Source: Octopus vulgaris (Eukaryota). From it: a stretch of 64,000 nucleotides of DNA. Of this stretch, positions 1 to 11,540 are shown one piece after another. Position 1 is the stretch's first letter. Every line of letters starts with the position of its first letter. The translations under genes and the position numbers were made by a program. The stretch is taken from NCBI GenBank assembly GCA_951406725.2, contig OX597832.1, positions 1,178,001 through 1,242,000 of the forward strand. The letters run 5' to 3'. The notes under the pieces were generated by a model. The model was given only the letters and a program-made list of their open reading frames with translations. It had not been told where the DNA came from and searched no databases.

Positions 1-1778
1 TCGGGATTTATACGTATACTATAAGCGCGAAGATGCTGAAAAAGCTGAGAAAGGTGCTGGAGATGATTTTCACGTGTGTCGCTCGCAATGAGTATATCAT
101 CGACATAGGCAAACACAAAATCAAGACCGCGGACAACCTCATCAATGAAACGCTGGAAAGTGCTAGTAGCATTCCGCAAACCGAACCTCATATATAAAAA
201 CTCAAAACACCCAAAGGGGGTAGTGATCGCAGTTTTCGGAACGTCGGCTGGGTTGACCGGTATTTGATGGTACGCGCGTATAAGGTCGACCTTCGAAAAA
301 ATGGTACAACCATGGAGATTTGCCGTAAAGTCCCGCAGATTTCTAATCGGATAGCGGTCGGCTATTGTGATGGCATTGAGGCGTCGATAGTCTCCTACCG
401 GGCGAAAATCAGACTCGCCCTTTCGCGCCAAATGAAGGGGAGATGCCCATGGGCTGGTGGAGGGGCGTATAAGGCCAAGTTGAAGCATGTGCTCAAACTC
501 GGCCCTGGCTGTTTTTAGTCGGTATGGCGCAAGGCGCCGTGGGCGTGAAAATACAGGCGGCCCAGTGGTGGTGATGAAATGGAGAGTCGAGTGGGTAGGC
601 TTTTCCGGTTTAAAGGCAATGTCCACTAGCTCCGGAAATGAAACCAAAAGACAGTGAAAAGGGTCTCCAGAGGTGGCAACAAAGAATGTCGGGCTAAGGA
701 CCGCAATGGTGGAACTCCCAGTCGGTGTAGAGAGCGACGTCGTGCTATCAAGAAGCCTCCGACGCCTGACATCCACCAATAGATTAAACCTATCCAGGAA
801 ATCAGTGCCGAGAATAGGATGCGGGATGTCAGCGATGACGAAAACCCATTGAAAGTCTCGACGAAGGTTGAGGTCGAGGCGCAGCGAAATCTGACCGTAA
901 GTGGTTATGAGAGACGAGTCAATAGCATGCAAGACGATTGAAGAGCGCTTGGGCTTGTCTGCAGCCAGACGAAGGGGCCAGATGCTGCAACAGGAGCCGG
1001 TGTCCACCATGAAGAATTTCTTCGACACCAGTTCTTTTACAAAGAATGCACGATGTTTGGGAAACGAGATGGAAGAAGGTGACGTGCTCACCTCCTCCGG
1101 ATTTAGTTTTCCGAGGGCTTGAAAGTGCACGGCTGGGTACACCGATCTGCCTTTTCGGCATACTTCGAATGGTACCAGCACCAGCCGGAACGAGAGTCAC
1201 TCCGACTACGGGAAATAGAGCTACTGCGAGATTGGCGCCCGATCGCACGGCACAGCTCGTCGATTCTCTGCGTAAGCGCATCGATCTTCTCGGCTAGTTT
1301 ATCGTTCGTCGGAGGTGGCTCTGTACATGAGTACAGGTCCCGCGAGGGAGATGGTAGCGAAAATTCAAATGTTTGTGAATGAGGCAAACTTGATTTAGCC
1401 ATGTTTTTGTCGGAAGGAATCTGTCAGAAAGGGGCAGAAGGTATGATCGAGAAATGGAGAGAGAACACGTGGAACCGACAAAGCAAATCAAAATTGTGTT
1501 TTGTGTACTGTTGTGTGTGTGAGTGCACCTCGTGGGTAGCAAAAAATAAGTGTGTGTGTGTACAAAGGAAAACAAAACACAGAAAAGGAAAAAAAATGAA
1601 TGTGTGTGTGTTTTCTTTTTTTTCTTTTTTTTTGTGTACTGAGTGCGATGAATAAGCTTGTTTGTACCCACCTCACCGTACTGAAAGAAGAGAAAAAATG
1701 AAAAAAAATGAATGTTCAGTGCTCAATCTGGAAAAAGCCTGTTCGCTGCGTCTTCTGTTCTGTTCTTTTTTTTTCAGC

Positions 1779-1790
1779 TTGGGGTCACCA
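1779..1790 (-). promoter_or_regulatory. Primer binding site, tRNA-Trp type
   Basis: TGGTGACCCC lies 2 nt inside the LTR and is complementary to the tRNA-Trp 3' end (...GGGGTCACCA). The same PBS is at 30929-30940. Confidence 0.85.
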
Positions 1791-1792
1791 AT

Positions 1793-2197
1793 TGTAACGA
1801 GGATCTGTTATCGATTCACTGAAAGGGTGTCGATATCCGATCTAGTCACATGCAATTTTATAAGACAATACAGACGAAGTCAGGTTGTAGGTAAAAGACA
1901 GCAGTTCGTTTATTTATTGCGATGTCGTACGTGTGTCTGATGGGAGAAGGACAGCCTCTGATGTACAGCTTCTTGTTAGTTTGTTGATGGTCGTTGGCGG
2001 CTATGTCGGTGAGGTTGTCAGAGCCTGTTGAATGTACGTCCGATCGCGATGAGCTGGCTTGCCGGAGAGAAAGATTTGAGTTTGGCGGGTAAGGGAACGT
2101 TTCCCGCACATGCGCATGGGGAAGACTTCCGGTGGCCACCCGGAAGTAGTCCCATTCTGCGCATGCGCGCTGAACCCTACACAGTAGCATCACTACA
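1793..2197 (-). repeat. 5' LTR of Gypsy family A (subfamily variant)
   Basis: On the minus strand it begins TGTAGTGATGCTACTG and ends GTTACA. The ends match the LTRs at 26151 and 30943, but the middle is diverged. Confidence 0.9.
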
Positions 2198-3543
2198 TAT
2201 TCCTGGGTTCAACTTTACTCTAATTACGCCTTTCCTACCTGCCAACATATTTTCCGTATTTTTGTCCTTGTCGTATAACATTACCACTCTGTGTTTCTTT
2301 CCCTTGGGTCTTCCTCCTCTCTTACAAGCTTTCAACAGCTCTTTCATTCTTCTGTCCCATTCTTCCTCTGCTGTTAGTTTTAGCGGTTCACTCCCTTCCG
2401 CTTTTGTATCCTCTTCTCCCGTTCGGTTTTCCTTCTCGTCAGTAATCTTATTTTTCGCTTTTTTCTTCTTCTTTTTTTGTTCTTTAGGTGGTGATTACAC
2501 CAGCGTTCTTTTTCTATTTTCTTTCTCCAACTCTTCACCACTTTCTGCATTATCTGTAGTAACGATTTCTCCCTCCTCCACACACGCATTTTGCAACTCA
2601 TTCGTTAAAGTCTCCAGTGCTATCGTTTTCTCCTGCACTTCTCCCAGCGGACACACATCCTTCATGTGGCCTCTTATTTTGCATTTGTAACACACTGGGG
2701 GTCTCCCTTCCACGACGACTCTGAGACGTGTCTCGTCGGGCAACACCAACTCCTCCGGGATGTTATACAGGTCAGGCATTGTAACGTGGACTAACGCCTG
2801 CACTGCATAACCCCACCACTTTACATCTTTTGATTTTTCGACTTTCAATATTTCCACGTTTTCTTTGCAGTTAAACACCACTGCTGCTAAAATCCTTTCC
2901 ATATTTAGTTCGGGCGAAATCTTGCTTATTCTTATTCTTACTGCCCTTTTCCCGCAGTAGCTTGGTAAACACATCTATCAGTTTTTAAAATTTTCGTTGC
3001 GTTCTTCTTCGCCTCGTCTTCACTTTTAAAGTGGACGACCACCGTTGCGAACTTTCTACCTCTGTTGTAGTAGGTAGACTCTCCTTCTATTCCTTTAAGA
3101 CAGCATTCAACTTCCTCTATCGGTGCCACTTCTATCTTTTTCGAAGTCACGCTCCACGTTTTGTACGTTATAATCCGTTTCTCCGCTTCTTCCGCTTCTT
3201 CTTCGGGTGGTGTGACCTTCACACAGTTACCCTCCCTCTTCAAGCTGTCGAAATATTTGTTCAAAGTCTCCTTCTCGACGATGAATTCTTCTAACTGCAA
3301 TTCGTTCGCAACCAAGCCCTTGCCTGCTGCATCCGCATAGGTCTGAGTTTCCATTTTCGAGAAAAAATCTCAAGAACTCCCCCACGCCGCAACAACTTCC
3401 ACCACCGGATTCGATCTCACGAACCGCGACACCACAATAACGTAGTCAAAATTTTTCCGACGCCAAAAAAATACAGCTACACACCAATAACGTAATCCGA
3501 AATATCCTACACCAAAATTCAAAAAGCAGGTGTCGCTACTGAA
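2198..3543 (-). pseudogene. Zinc-knuckle ORF1/gag-like unit, copy 1 (frameshifted; 3' end interrupted by the Gypsy LTR)
   Basis: ORFs 2938-3354 and 2495-2974 together match the 435-aa ORF. A 4-nt deletion near 2975 (acacatctatc vs acacatccatctatc) causes the frameshift. The CX2CX4HX4C motif is CYKCKIRGHMKDVC and the N-terminus is METQTYADAA. Confidence 0.85.
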
Positions 3544-3739
3544 ATCTTTATTATAGGCACTAAGGCCCGAATTAAGAGGGGACATTACAAGACAGGACGT
3601 GGGGTACATAAAGTTAAAAAAATCGAAAATTATGAATTGAAATGGATATTTATAATGGATTAGATGGAACGGTTTACAAGCCCCCCAAAACTCGCAGTTT
3701 CATTTAAAATACAATTTTACAATTACATATATTACTCTG

Positions 3740-5047
3740 CTACGTCGGGTACTCGTCTGCATAGACTGGTCTTTCATCTGTTATATACTCTATTAAGCCA
3801 TCCTGATCCACATCAGCTGGTAAGGTGTCATAACGTAAATATAACCATTCAAATGCGCTATATTCATTCATTTTGCGTACTATCTCTTTCTCCACGATTA
3901 CCGCCTTCCAAAATTTATCAAATATTCCTGGGGTCAACTTTACTCTAATTAAGTCTTTCCTACCTGGCAACATCTTTTCCGTATTTTTGTCCTTGTCGTA
4001 TAACATTACCACTCTGTGTTTCTTTCCCTTGGGTCTTCCTCCTCTCTTACAAACGCTCAACTGCTCTTTCATTCTTCTGTCCCATTCTTCCTCTGCTGTT
4101 AGTTTTAGCGGTTCACTCCCTTCCGCTTTTGTATCCTCTTCTCCCGTTCGGTTTTCCTTCTCGTCAGTAATCTTATTTTTCGCTTTTTTCTTCTTCTTTT
4201 TTTGTTCTTTAGGTGGTGATTCCACCCGCGTTCTTTTTCTATTTTCTTTCTCCAACTCTTCACCACTTTCCGCATATTCTGTAGTAACGATTTCTCCCTC
4301 CTCCACACACGCATTTTGCAACTCATTCGTTAAAGTCTCCAGTGCTATCGTTTTCTCCTGCACTTCTCCCAGCGGACACACATCCTTCATGTGGCCTCTT
4401 ATTTTGCATTTGTAACACACTGGAGGTCTCCCTTCCACCACGACTCTGAGACGTGTCTCGTCGGGCAACACCAACTCCTCCGGGATGTTATACAGGTCAG
4501 GCATTGTAATGTGGACTAACGCCTGCACTGCATAACCCCACCACTTTACATCTTTTGGTTTTTCGACTTTCAATATTTCCACGTTTTCTTTGCAGTTAAA
4601 CACCACTGCTGCTAAAATCCTTTCCATATTTAGTTCGGGCGAAATCTTGCTTATTCTTATTCTTACTGCCCTTTTCCCGCAGTAGCTTGGTAAACACATC
4701 CATCTATCAGTTTTTAAAATTTTCGTTGCGTTCTTCTTCGCCTCGTCTTCACTTTTAAAGTGGACGACCACCGTTGCGAACTTTCTACCTCTGTTATAGT
4801 AGGTAGACTCTCCTTCTATTCCTTTAAGACAGCATTCAACTTCCTCTATCGGTGCCACTTCTATTTTTTTCGAAGTCACGCTCCATGTTTTGTACGTTAT
4901 AATCCGTTTCTCCGCTTCTTCTTCGGGTGGTGTGACCTTCACACAGTCACCCTCCTTCTTCAAACTGTCGAAATACTTGTTCAACGTCTCCTTCTCGACG
5001 ATGACTTCTTCTAACTGCAATTCGTTTGCAACCAGGCCCTTCACCAC
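3740..5047 (-). CDS. LINE ORF1-like nucleic-acid-binding protein with a CCHC zinc knuckle, copy 2 (435 aa open; native start deleted)
   Basis: Long open frame containing RVVVEGRPPVCYKCKIRGHMKDVCP and a Lys-rich tract. An AATAAA lies about 190 nt after the stop (3547-3552). No RT ORF follows. Confidence 0.75.
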   Translation of the reverse strand: MVKGLVANELQLEEVIVEKETLNKYFDSLKKEGDCVKVTPPEEEAEKRIITYKTWSVTSKKIEVAPIEEVECCLKGIEGESTYYNRGRKFATVVVHFKSEDEAKKNATKILKTDRWMCLPSYCGKRAVRIRISKISPELNMERILAAVVFNCKENVEILKVEKPKDVKWWGYAVQALVHITMPDLYNIPEELVLPDETRLRVVVEGRPPVCYKCKIRGHMKDVCPLGEVQEKTIALETLTNELQNACVEEGEIVTTEYAESGEELEKENRKRTRVESPPKEQKKKKKKAKNKITDEKENRTGEEDTKAEGSEPLKLTAEEEWDRRMKEQLSVCKRGGRPKGKKHRVVMLYDKDKNTEKMLPGRKDLIRVKLTPGIFDKFWKAVIVEKEIVRKMNEYSAFEWLYLRYDTLPADVDQDGLIEYITDERPVYADEYPT

Positions 5048-5496
5048 GCCGTAACAACTTCCACCGCCGGATTCGATCTCACGAACCGCGACACCACAAT
5101 AACGTAGTCAAAATTTTTCCGACGCCAAAAAAATACAGCTACACACGAATAACGCAATCAGAAATCTCCGTCACCAAAAAACAAAAAGCGGGCGTCGCTA
5201 CCTATCGTCCTATTTCGAAGGCTTTATTTACCTAGTTTCAGTGGAATACATCCACTTGTTTTCAATAATAGAAATATTAAAATTACTAAGTCTCTCTAAA
5301 GGAGATTACGGCAGCGTTACTGGAAATTAATAGTTATCGCCATACTAATATGGCAGTCTTATAAATATAAGACTAAAGCTGTCGCTGATTAGCTCCAAGA
5401 GGCCACCGCCTCAAGCTAGCTATTTGACACACAACCTGCGTCCATTACAAACCTTCGAACAAGGGAGGTCAGCCGCTTCATCCTGCCAGTCAGACA

Positions 5497-5539
5497 GCTA
5501 CAGACATGTTTCAGGGTTGTTGCCCCTTATCAATGCAGC
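5497..5539 (-). ncRNA. Minimal type I hammerhead ribozyme motif (degenerate core)
   Basis: GCTGCA-TTGATAA-GGGGCAACAACCCT-GAAACATGTC-TGTAGC. Stems I and II pair and stem III is the palindromic ACATGT. The core has two changes from CUGAUGA. Confidence 0.7.
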
Positions 5540-7379
5540 GTAGTCAGACTTGCTGGTGTCGCTACTGATCGTTCCAGTAAATTCTTTGATGCGCAGGTGT
5601 AGTTATATATTATGACAAAAGTGTGTCCCGACTGGAATTTGTATATTGTTCCTTCAACGAGGCGGCTGCAAGTCCTGCAGTTGGAACGACCACATTTTTT
5701 TATGGTGGGTGGTGGGCTTGTGTTGGGTAATTTTGCATTGGGGAGTAGGTCTTTTAGGGATTTGGGTTGTCTTTTGCTTTTTATTATTTTATGGGTTGCG
5801 AGCACTTTTTTAGACGTGGGTCTTGATTCAGCTGTGGGATGTTCTTGAATATAATTGTGTAAGCTTCTGCATTTCTTGGATTGTGTGTTGAGAGATAGGG
5901 GAGACTATTTACTGTACCGTGAGTGTGTTTCAATTTTCGTAAGTCTTGGGTACATAGTAATTGTCTTGGTCTGTTCTATTCCATTGTCAACTAATGATGC
6001 TGGGTAATGTCTTTTGAGAAGAATTGCCTTTAGTTCTTGGAGTCTTTTATTTCGTGTTCTATAATTTGAGACAGTAGTACAGATTCTTCTCGTTAGGTTG
6101 AAGGGGATGTTTGTCTTCGTGTACTTTGAGTGATTGGACGTGAACAGAAGGTATTGTTTGGAATCAGTTGGTTTTAGTACCCATTGCAGTCCCTGATACC
6201 TGTCTGTAGGCGTTATTATTAAAATTCAAAAAGTTGTTTTGGAGAATAAACTTATGGCCCTCGATGATGAATTCTTTTTTACCCTTTCCGGGACTTCATT
6301 GGGGTATTTTTCTAGCCAGAATTTTATGGCCTCCAGTCCATATTCATGTGGGATCATAGTGTAAAGGTTTATTACATGAAAGGAGATAATTAAAATGTTT
6401 TCATTGGTATGTTTGGGGAGACGATTTAATAGGTCCGGGTCATCTCTTACAATACTTGGTATGTGTTTAAGTATTGATTTTAAGAGGATATCGATAAAGT
6501 TGCTTAATCTGTGTGTTTCACAGTTTGGGCCTGCCACAATTGGTCTCAGTTTGAAATCAGTGGGATGTGGCACAGTAATGCAGGTTGAAGTAGACTTTTT
6601 GCAAGCTTCGGTAATAATTTTGCTCTTGTGGATTTTTGTAAGCCTGTAGAGGATGTTGGTTTTGCAGTTAAAGTTTGTTATGTAGCTGCATTCCATTGCT
6701 GTTAAGTTATTTTGATGTTGGCAAATGAGTGTGCTTAATTTGGTCATTGTTTTTGATTGTTTGTAGTTGACTACTCTTTCATAGTAGGTAGTATCTTGTA
6801 AAAGGTGAAATACAGAGTTTTTGTATTGTTCAGTATCCGTAATGACGACAGTACTACCCTTATCTGCTTCCTTGATTGTGAAGTCATGATTGTTTCGTAA
6901 CTTATAGATGATTTCCCATTCCCTTTTACTGTTGTTGGGTTTGGTTGCGGAAGTTCACTATAAGGAAAGTTTCAAATGTAGTCACAAAATTTGTCCGAAG
7001 TTTTGTTTCTGCCTTTTGTGGGATTATAACTGCTTTTGTTATGAACCATTGTTTCGTCGTTATTGATTTCTTTGTCAAAAAATTCCTCTGTGAGGCGTAA
7101 TTTTCTGCAAAAGTGTGAGACATCATCCTGTATTTTACTCAGGTTAGGGTATTGTGGAGTTGGAGTGAATTTTAGTCCTTTTGAAAGGATTCTGATTTGT
7201 TGGGTCGACAGGTTTAGGTTTGAGAGATTCACTATTTTTGGTTTTTCAAGGTTGGTATTTACTATCTGGTGTCGTGGATCCTGTTGCCCTGGTCTAAAAA
7301 ATGATTTCTGGGGATTCTTCTGTCTGCGGTATTTTGGTGTGTGTTAGTCTTTCCCCCATTGATGTGTTGCCTACTAAAG

Positions 7380-7665
7380 GGGTTTTGGTTATTCCGGGGT
7401 CTGGGTTGTTGGTGTGGCTTACTAGAGAAGCTTTGGTTATTCTGGGGTCTGGGTTGGGCGTACTGGGTGTAATTTTGGTTCCTTAGAGTGGGTTGGAACC
7501 TACAATCGTGGTTTAGAGGTGAATTCTTTTATGGTGGGTGGGATCTACGATGCTGGAACGGTTTGGGTTGGGACCCACAATCATGGTTTTGAGGTGAATT
7601 CCTATGTGATGGGTGGAATCTCCGATTTTGGAACGGTTCTTTGTGTGGGCTGGGATCTACAGTGT
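7380..7665. repeat. Degenerate minisatellite in the 5' region of the PLE
   Basis: Repeated ggggtctgggttg blocks and repeated ctacaatcgtggtttagaggtgaattc/ggaacggtt blocks. Confidence 0.55.
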
Positions 7666-7794
7666 CTGGTAAAGTTTTGTCTTGGGTTGGTGGGTGCCTG
7701 GGTTCTTTTGATAGGGTTATAGTGCTGTCTGTAAGTTCTGTTATTGTTGTTAAAGTTAGGAGTGGTGCGTGTTTGATGTTTTATGATTTGTTTT

Positions 7795-10518
7795 CTTTGT
7801 TGTTGGCGAGGTGCTTTCGATGTGAACATGGGGTCATATGATGGAGCAGGCACATGCGATCTTATTGGACTATTCCTACTCGATACGTTGGGCAAGACCT
7901 TTCCTGACGAATATTTCGCCATTCACAAAGATGATGCCCTCGCCTTAACCGCAAATACTAATGGGCCAGCACAGGATCGGTTTAGGAAGGACATTATCCA
8001 TTTGATGAAGACCTTCGGTCTTAGCATACCAACCTGACTGTTGTCAATTTCCTAGATGTATCCTTAGATCTAAATAAGAACATTTATAAGCCTTATAGGA
8101 AGCCCAACGACAGACTTAGTTATATTAATGAGGGTTCCTGCCGTCCCTCCATAGTGTTTAAAAATTTACTTAAAAACATTAGCAAAAGAATTTCTAGCCT
8201 CTCCTCCGATAGGGACATTTTTAATAGTGTGGCCCCCAGTATATAATAAGGATCTAAAAGATAGTGGACTTAGCAAGGAAATAACCTATACACCTGCCAC
8301 CAGTCCAATAATAAAGAGGAAACCTATGTTTCCTCTTTATTATTGGACTGGTGGCAGGAATTGGAAAACTATCTGGTTTTGCCTATATTGAAGGTCATCT
8401 ACTCACCCGAGGTGACCTTCAATATAGGCAAGTATTTCTTAGCACTGATAGATAGACATTTTCCAGTCAAATAGAAAGTTCTTCAATAGACATACTTTAA
8501 AAATCAATTTCAGCTCAACTACTAATTTTTAAAATATAATCGCACACAACACACAAAAACTACAATACGAAACCAGCTGTTCATGCAGGAATAAAAATTT
8601 GGAGCTTGCATGTCTGAGACCATCATTTATGAAGCCACTGTGGACTCTATATCCACGGTTTCGACGAAGAAATATGTGGGCCTTACAGAGGGTAATTTCA
8701 AGGCCAGGTTCAATAATCACACCTTGAGGTTCAGGCACTGGGATAAAAGGAAAACGACCAAATTATCCAGTCATATAGGGTCTTTAAAAGATAAAGGTGT
8801 CAGTTACAATATCCATTAGAAGATCTTAGCCAAGTGTAAGCCCTACGCCAACAGCAGTGGAAAGTGCGGTCTTTGTGATATGGAAAGATGGCTCAACTGG
8901 AAAAGCTACGTCTGAATTCAAGAACTGAACTTTTCGGATCATGCCCATACGTGGCTAAATATTTGTTACGTTTTTAGCCCCCTGAGATTACAGATAGGAC
9001 TTGCTTTCCATATTATGTCCACGTACAAGCTTTTTATCTCTTTATACTTATATTTCTTATATATTTTTATACATATTTATACATTTTTTCTGTATTCTAC
9101 CTTCCACCCTGCATTTTCCCTGTGCGTATATAGACGTGTATATGGAGTCTTTTGTGGGCGCGTGTGGATGTGTGGGGGTATGTGCGTATATAGATGTGTG
9201 CGTGTATGCGAGTATGTGCGTATATAGACGTGTTTTACTCGTACTTTTTTTAAATACACATTTTCCTGTATTTTGCCTTTAGCCCTGTTTTTTCTTGTGC
9301 ATGTCCCCTCATCATAATCATCATTTAACGTCTGCTTTCCATGCTGGCATGGGTTGGACGGAGGACTGGCAAGCCAGGAGGCTAAACCAGGCACCATCTG
9401 ATCGGGCAAGGTTTTTATAGCTGGACACCCTTCCTAACACCGACCACTCAGAGAGTGTAGTGGGTGCCTTTTATCTGCCACCAGCATGGGAAGTAGTCAG
9501 GCAACATTGTCAAAGACGTGTATGAACTTTTTTGTGCACGAGTGGCTGTGTGGTAAGTAGCTTGTTTACAAACCACATGGTTCCAGGTTCAGTCCCACTG
9601 TGTGGCACCTTGGGCAAGTATCTTCTACTATAGCCTCGGGCCGACCAAAGCCTTGTGAGTGGATTTGGTAGACGGAAACTGAAAGAAGCCCGTCGTATAT
9701 ATATATATACGCGTGTGTGTGCTAGTGTGTCAGTGTTTGTCCCCCTTGACAACTGATGCTTGTGTGTTTATGTCCCCGTTACTTAGCGGTTCAGCAAAAG
9801 AGACCGATAGAATAAGTACTGGGCTTACAAAAGAATAAGTCCCGGGGTCGAGTTGCTCGATTAAAGGCGGTGCTCCAGCATGGCCGCAGTCAAATGACTG
9901 AAATAAGTAAAAGAGTATATAGACGTGTGCGGGTATGCACGTATATAGACGTCTGTGTGTGCATGCATACGGGTATGTGCGTATATAGATATGTTTTACT
10001 CTTATTGCTTGTTTTTTTAATCTTTTACACTTTTTCCTGTATTGTTGCCCTTAGTTCTGTTTTTTCTCGTGCATGTGCGTATGAACCTTTTCGGTGCGAG
10101 CGTGTGTGCGAGATTGTATGTATATATATATAGATATTTTTGGCAAATGGTGTGGGTGAGAATGTGTGTGTTTCAAGTGAGGGTGGATGAGTGTATACTT
10201 ATAGGCGCATGTGTATGGACATGCGCGCTTACGCGAATACTATGAACATTTTTACTCCCTTCCCTCACTTAGCGGTCATTCAAATAGCTCTTTTGTCTTA
10301 ATAACGGTCAATCACACAGTAATTTCCCTTTGTTTAACAGTCATTTTCATAGCATTTTTTCCAATTGCCGGATAACTGAAGAGATGGCGTCGACAACCAA
10401 AACTTGGAGTTTTATCATGGCTACCGAATTATTGTCGCATATTACATTTACAGATAAATTCCTCTATTTACATAATATCGAGGTCTCTTTCATTCTTTTG
10501 TTGTCTTACCATTTCTAT

Positions 10519-10520
<2 letters not shown>
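7795..10520 (+). mobile_element. Penelope-like element (Naiad-like), 5'-truncated, with a nested RTE tail and SINE
   Basis: RT motif FDVNMGSYDGAGTCDLIGLFLL...HKDD and GIY-YIG motif IIYEATV...YVGLTEGNFKARFNNH, followed by a long 3' region with an HHR-like motif at 10371-10416. The clade label comes from recalled motifs. Confidence 0.8.
9537..9912 (+). mobile_element. tRNA-derived SINE
   Basis: Box A-like TGGCTGTGTGG and box B-like GGTTCAGTCCC. The body recurs at 11281, 21377, 42305 and 49690. Confidence 0.85.
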
Positions 10521-10559
<39 letters not shown>

Positions 10560-10561
<2 letters not shown>

Positions 10562-10858
10562 TGTGACCGACCAGGCTATCAGATGTTGCTACACATCGCT
10601 GGTCACAATGCGTTTCGCATTGTTTAAGCCTTCAAATGACGCCACCCCAAGGCTAAGCGAGCAGGCCAACAGAAGAAAGAGGGAGAGAAAGTTGTGGCGA
10701 AAGAGTACAGCAGCAATCGCCACCACCCCCTGCTGGAGCTTCGTGGAGCTTTAGGTGTTTTCGCTCAATAAACACTGACAACGCCCGGTTTGGGAATCGA
10801 AACCGCGATCCTACGACCGCAAGTCCGCTGCCCCTAACTACTGGGCCATTGCGCCTCT
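10560..10858 (-). mobile_element. tRNA-derived SINE, second family
   Basis: The minus strand begins GAGGCGCAATGGCCCAGTAGTTAGG...GGTTTCGATTCCC (boxes A and B). It is flanked by (TA)n and (CA)n. Confidence 0.8.
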
Positions 10859-10878
10859 ACACACACACACACATATAT

Positions 10879-10911
<33 letters not shown>

Positions 10912-10923
10912 AATTTATATATG

Positions 10924-10968
<45 letters not shown>

Positions 10969-11047
10969 AAATATTAGGGAATAAATCCAAACTTACGGGG
11001 AAAAATCAGATTTAGGATTGAATCCAATTTTATAGTAAAATATTATA

Positions 11048-11260
11048 TTACATTAAATTAGAGATAAAACCACTATTAGGCAAATCATACAATGAAAAAC
11101 TTAAGCCAATACATAAGATTATTTAATTTATATTATTTAAATATATAACAAAATTATTAAAAAAGATAATTAATGTATTTAAATAATATAAATTAAATAA
11201 TCTTAAGTTTTTCATTGTATGATTTGCCTAATAGTGGTTTTATCTCTAATTTAATATAAT
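11048..11260. repeat. AT-rich fold-back inverted repeat in a (TA)n tract
   Basis: attaaattagagataaaaccactattaggcaaatcatacaatgaaaaacttaag is mirrored by cttaagtttttcattgtatgatttgcctaatagtggttttatctctaatttaat. Confidence 0.9.
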
Positions 11261-11280
11261 ATATATATATATATACATAT

Positions 11281-11445
11281 ATACGACGGGCTTCTTTCAG
11301 TTTCCGTCTACCAAATCCACTCACAAGGCTCTGGTCGGCCCAAGGCTATAGTAGAAGACACTTGCCCAAGGTGCCACGCAGTGGGACTGAACCCGGAACC
11401 ATGTAATTGGTAAGAAAGCTACTTACCACACAGCCACTCTTGCGC

Positions 11446-11448
<3 letters not shown>
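11281..11448 (-). mobile_element. tRNA-derived SINE head
   Basis: Reverse complement of the 5' half of the SINE at 9537. Confidence 0.85.
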
Positions 11449-11499
<51 letters not shown>

Positions 11500-11540
11500 G
11501 TATAATATATATATGTATATATATATGTGTATATATATAT

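Larger units (their letters stand above)
1..2197 (-). mobile_element. Ty3/Gypsy LTR retrotransposon (family A), 5' part; runs off the left edge of the window
   Basis: Contains protease (FFMVDTGSCCS) and RT (VFAYVDDILIAS) sequence nearly identical to 28700-29900, a shortened gag (1103-1402), a PBS and an LTR with TG...CA ends at 1793-2197. It is inserted into the zinc-knuckle ORF copy starting at 2198. Confidence 0.93.
5205..7790 (-). mobile_element. Penelope-like element (Neptune-like), degenerate, with a 3' pLTR-like segment
   Basis: Shows the N-terminal LSKGLKFTPTP motif, RT (KLRPIVAGPNCETHRLSNFID) and a Cys linker (KKCGRSNCRTC...TCASKNL) leading into a truncated GIY-YIG domain, followed by the HHR. 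Confidence 0.85.

Noticed and set aside
2028-4415. Plus-strand hydrophobic ORFs of 220 and 180 aa
   Set aside because: They are antisense shadows of the Lys/Glu-rich zinc-knuckle ORF.
7795-8990. Possible selenocysteine (UGA) recoding, as reported for some Naiad PLEs
   Set aside because: The Cys positions I could align are TGT/TGC, the stops look like decay, and I recognised no SECIS.
9537-9610. tRNA-like sequence
   Set aside because: It is a SINE head with boxes A and B that continues into a repeated body, and it forms no full cloverleaf.
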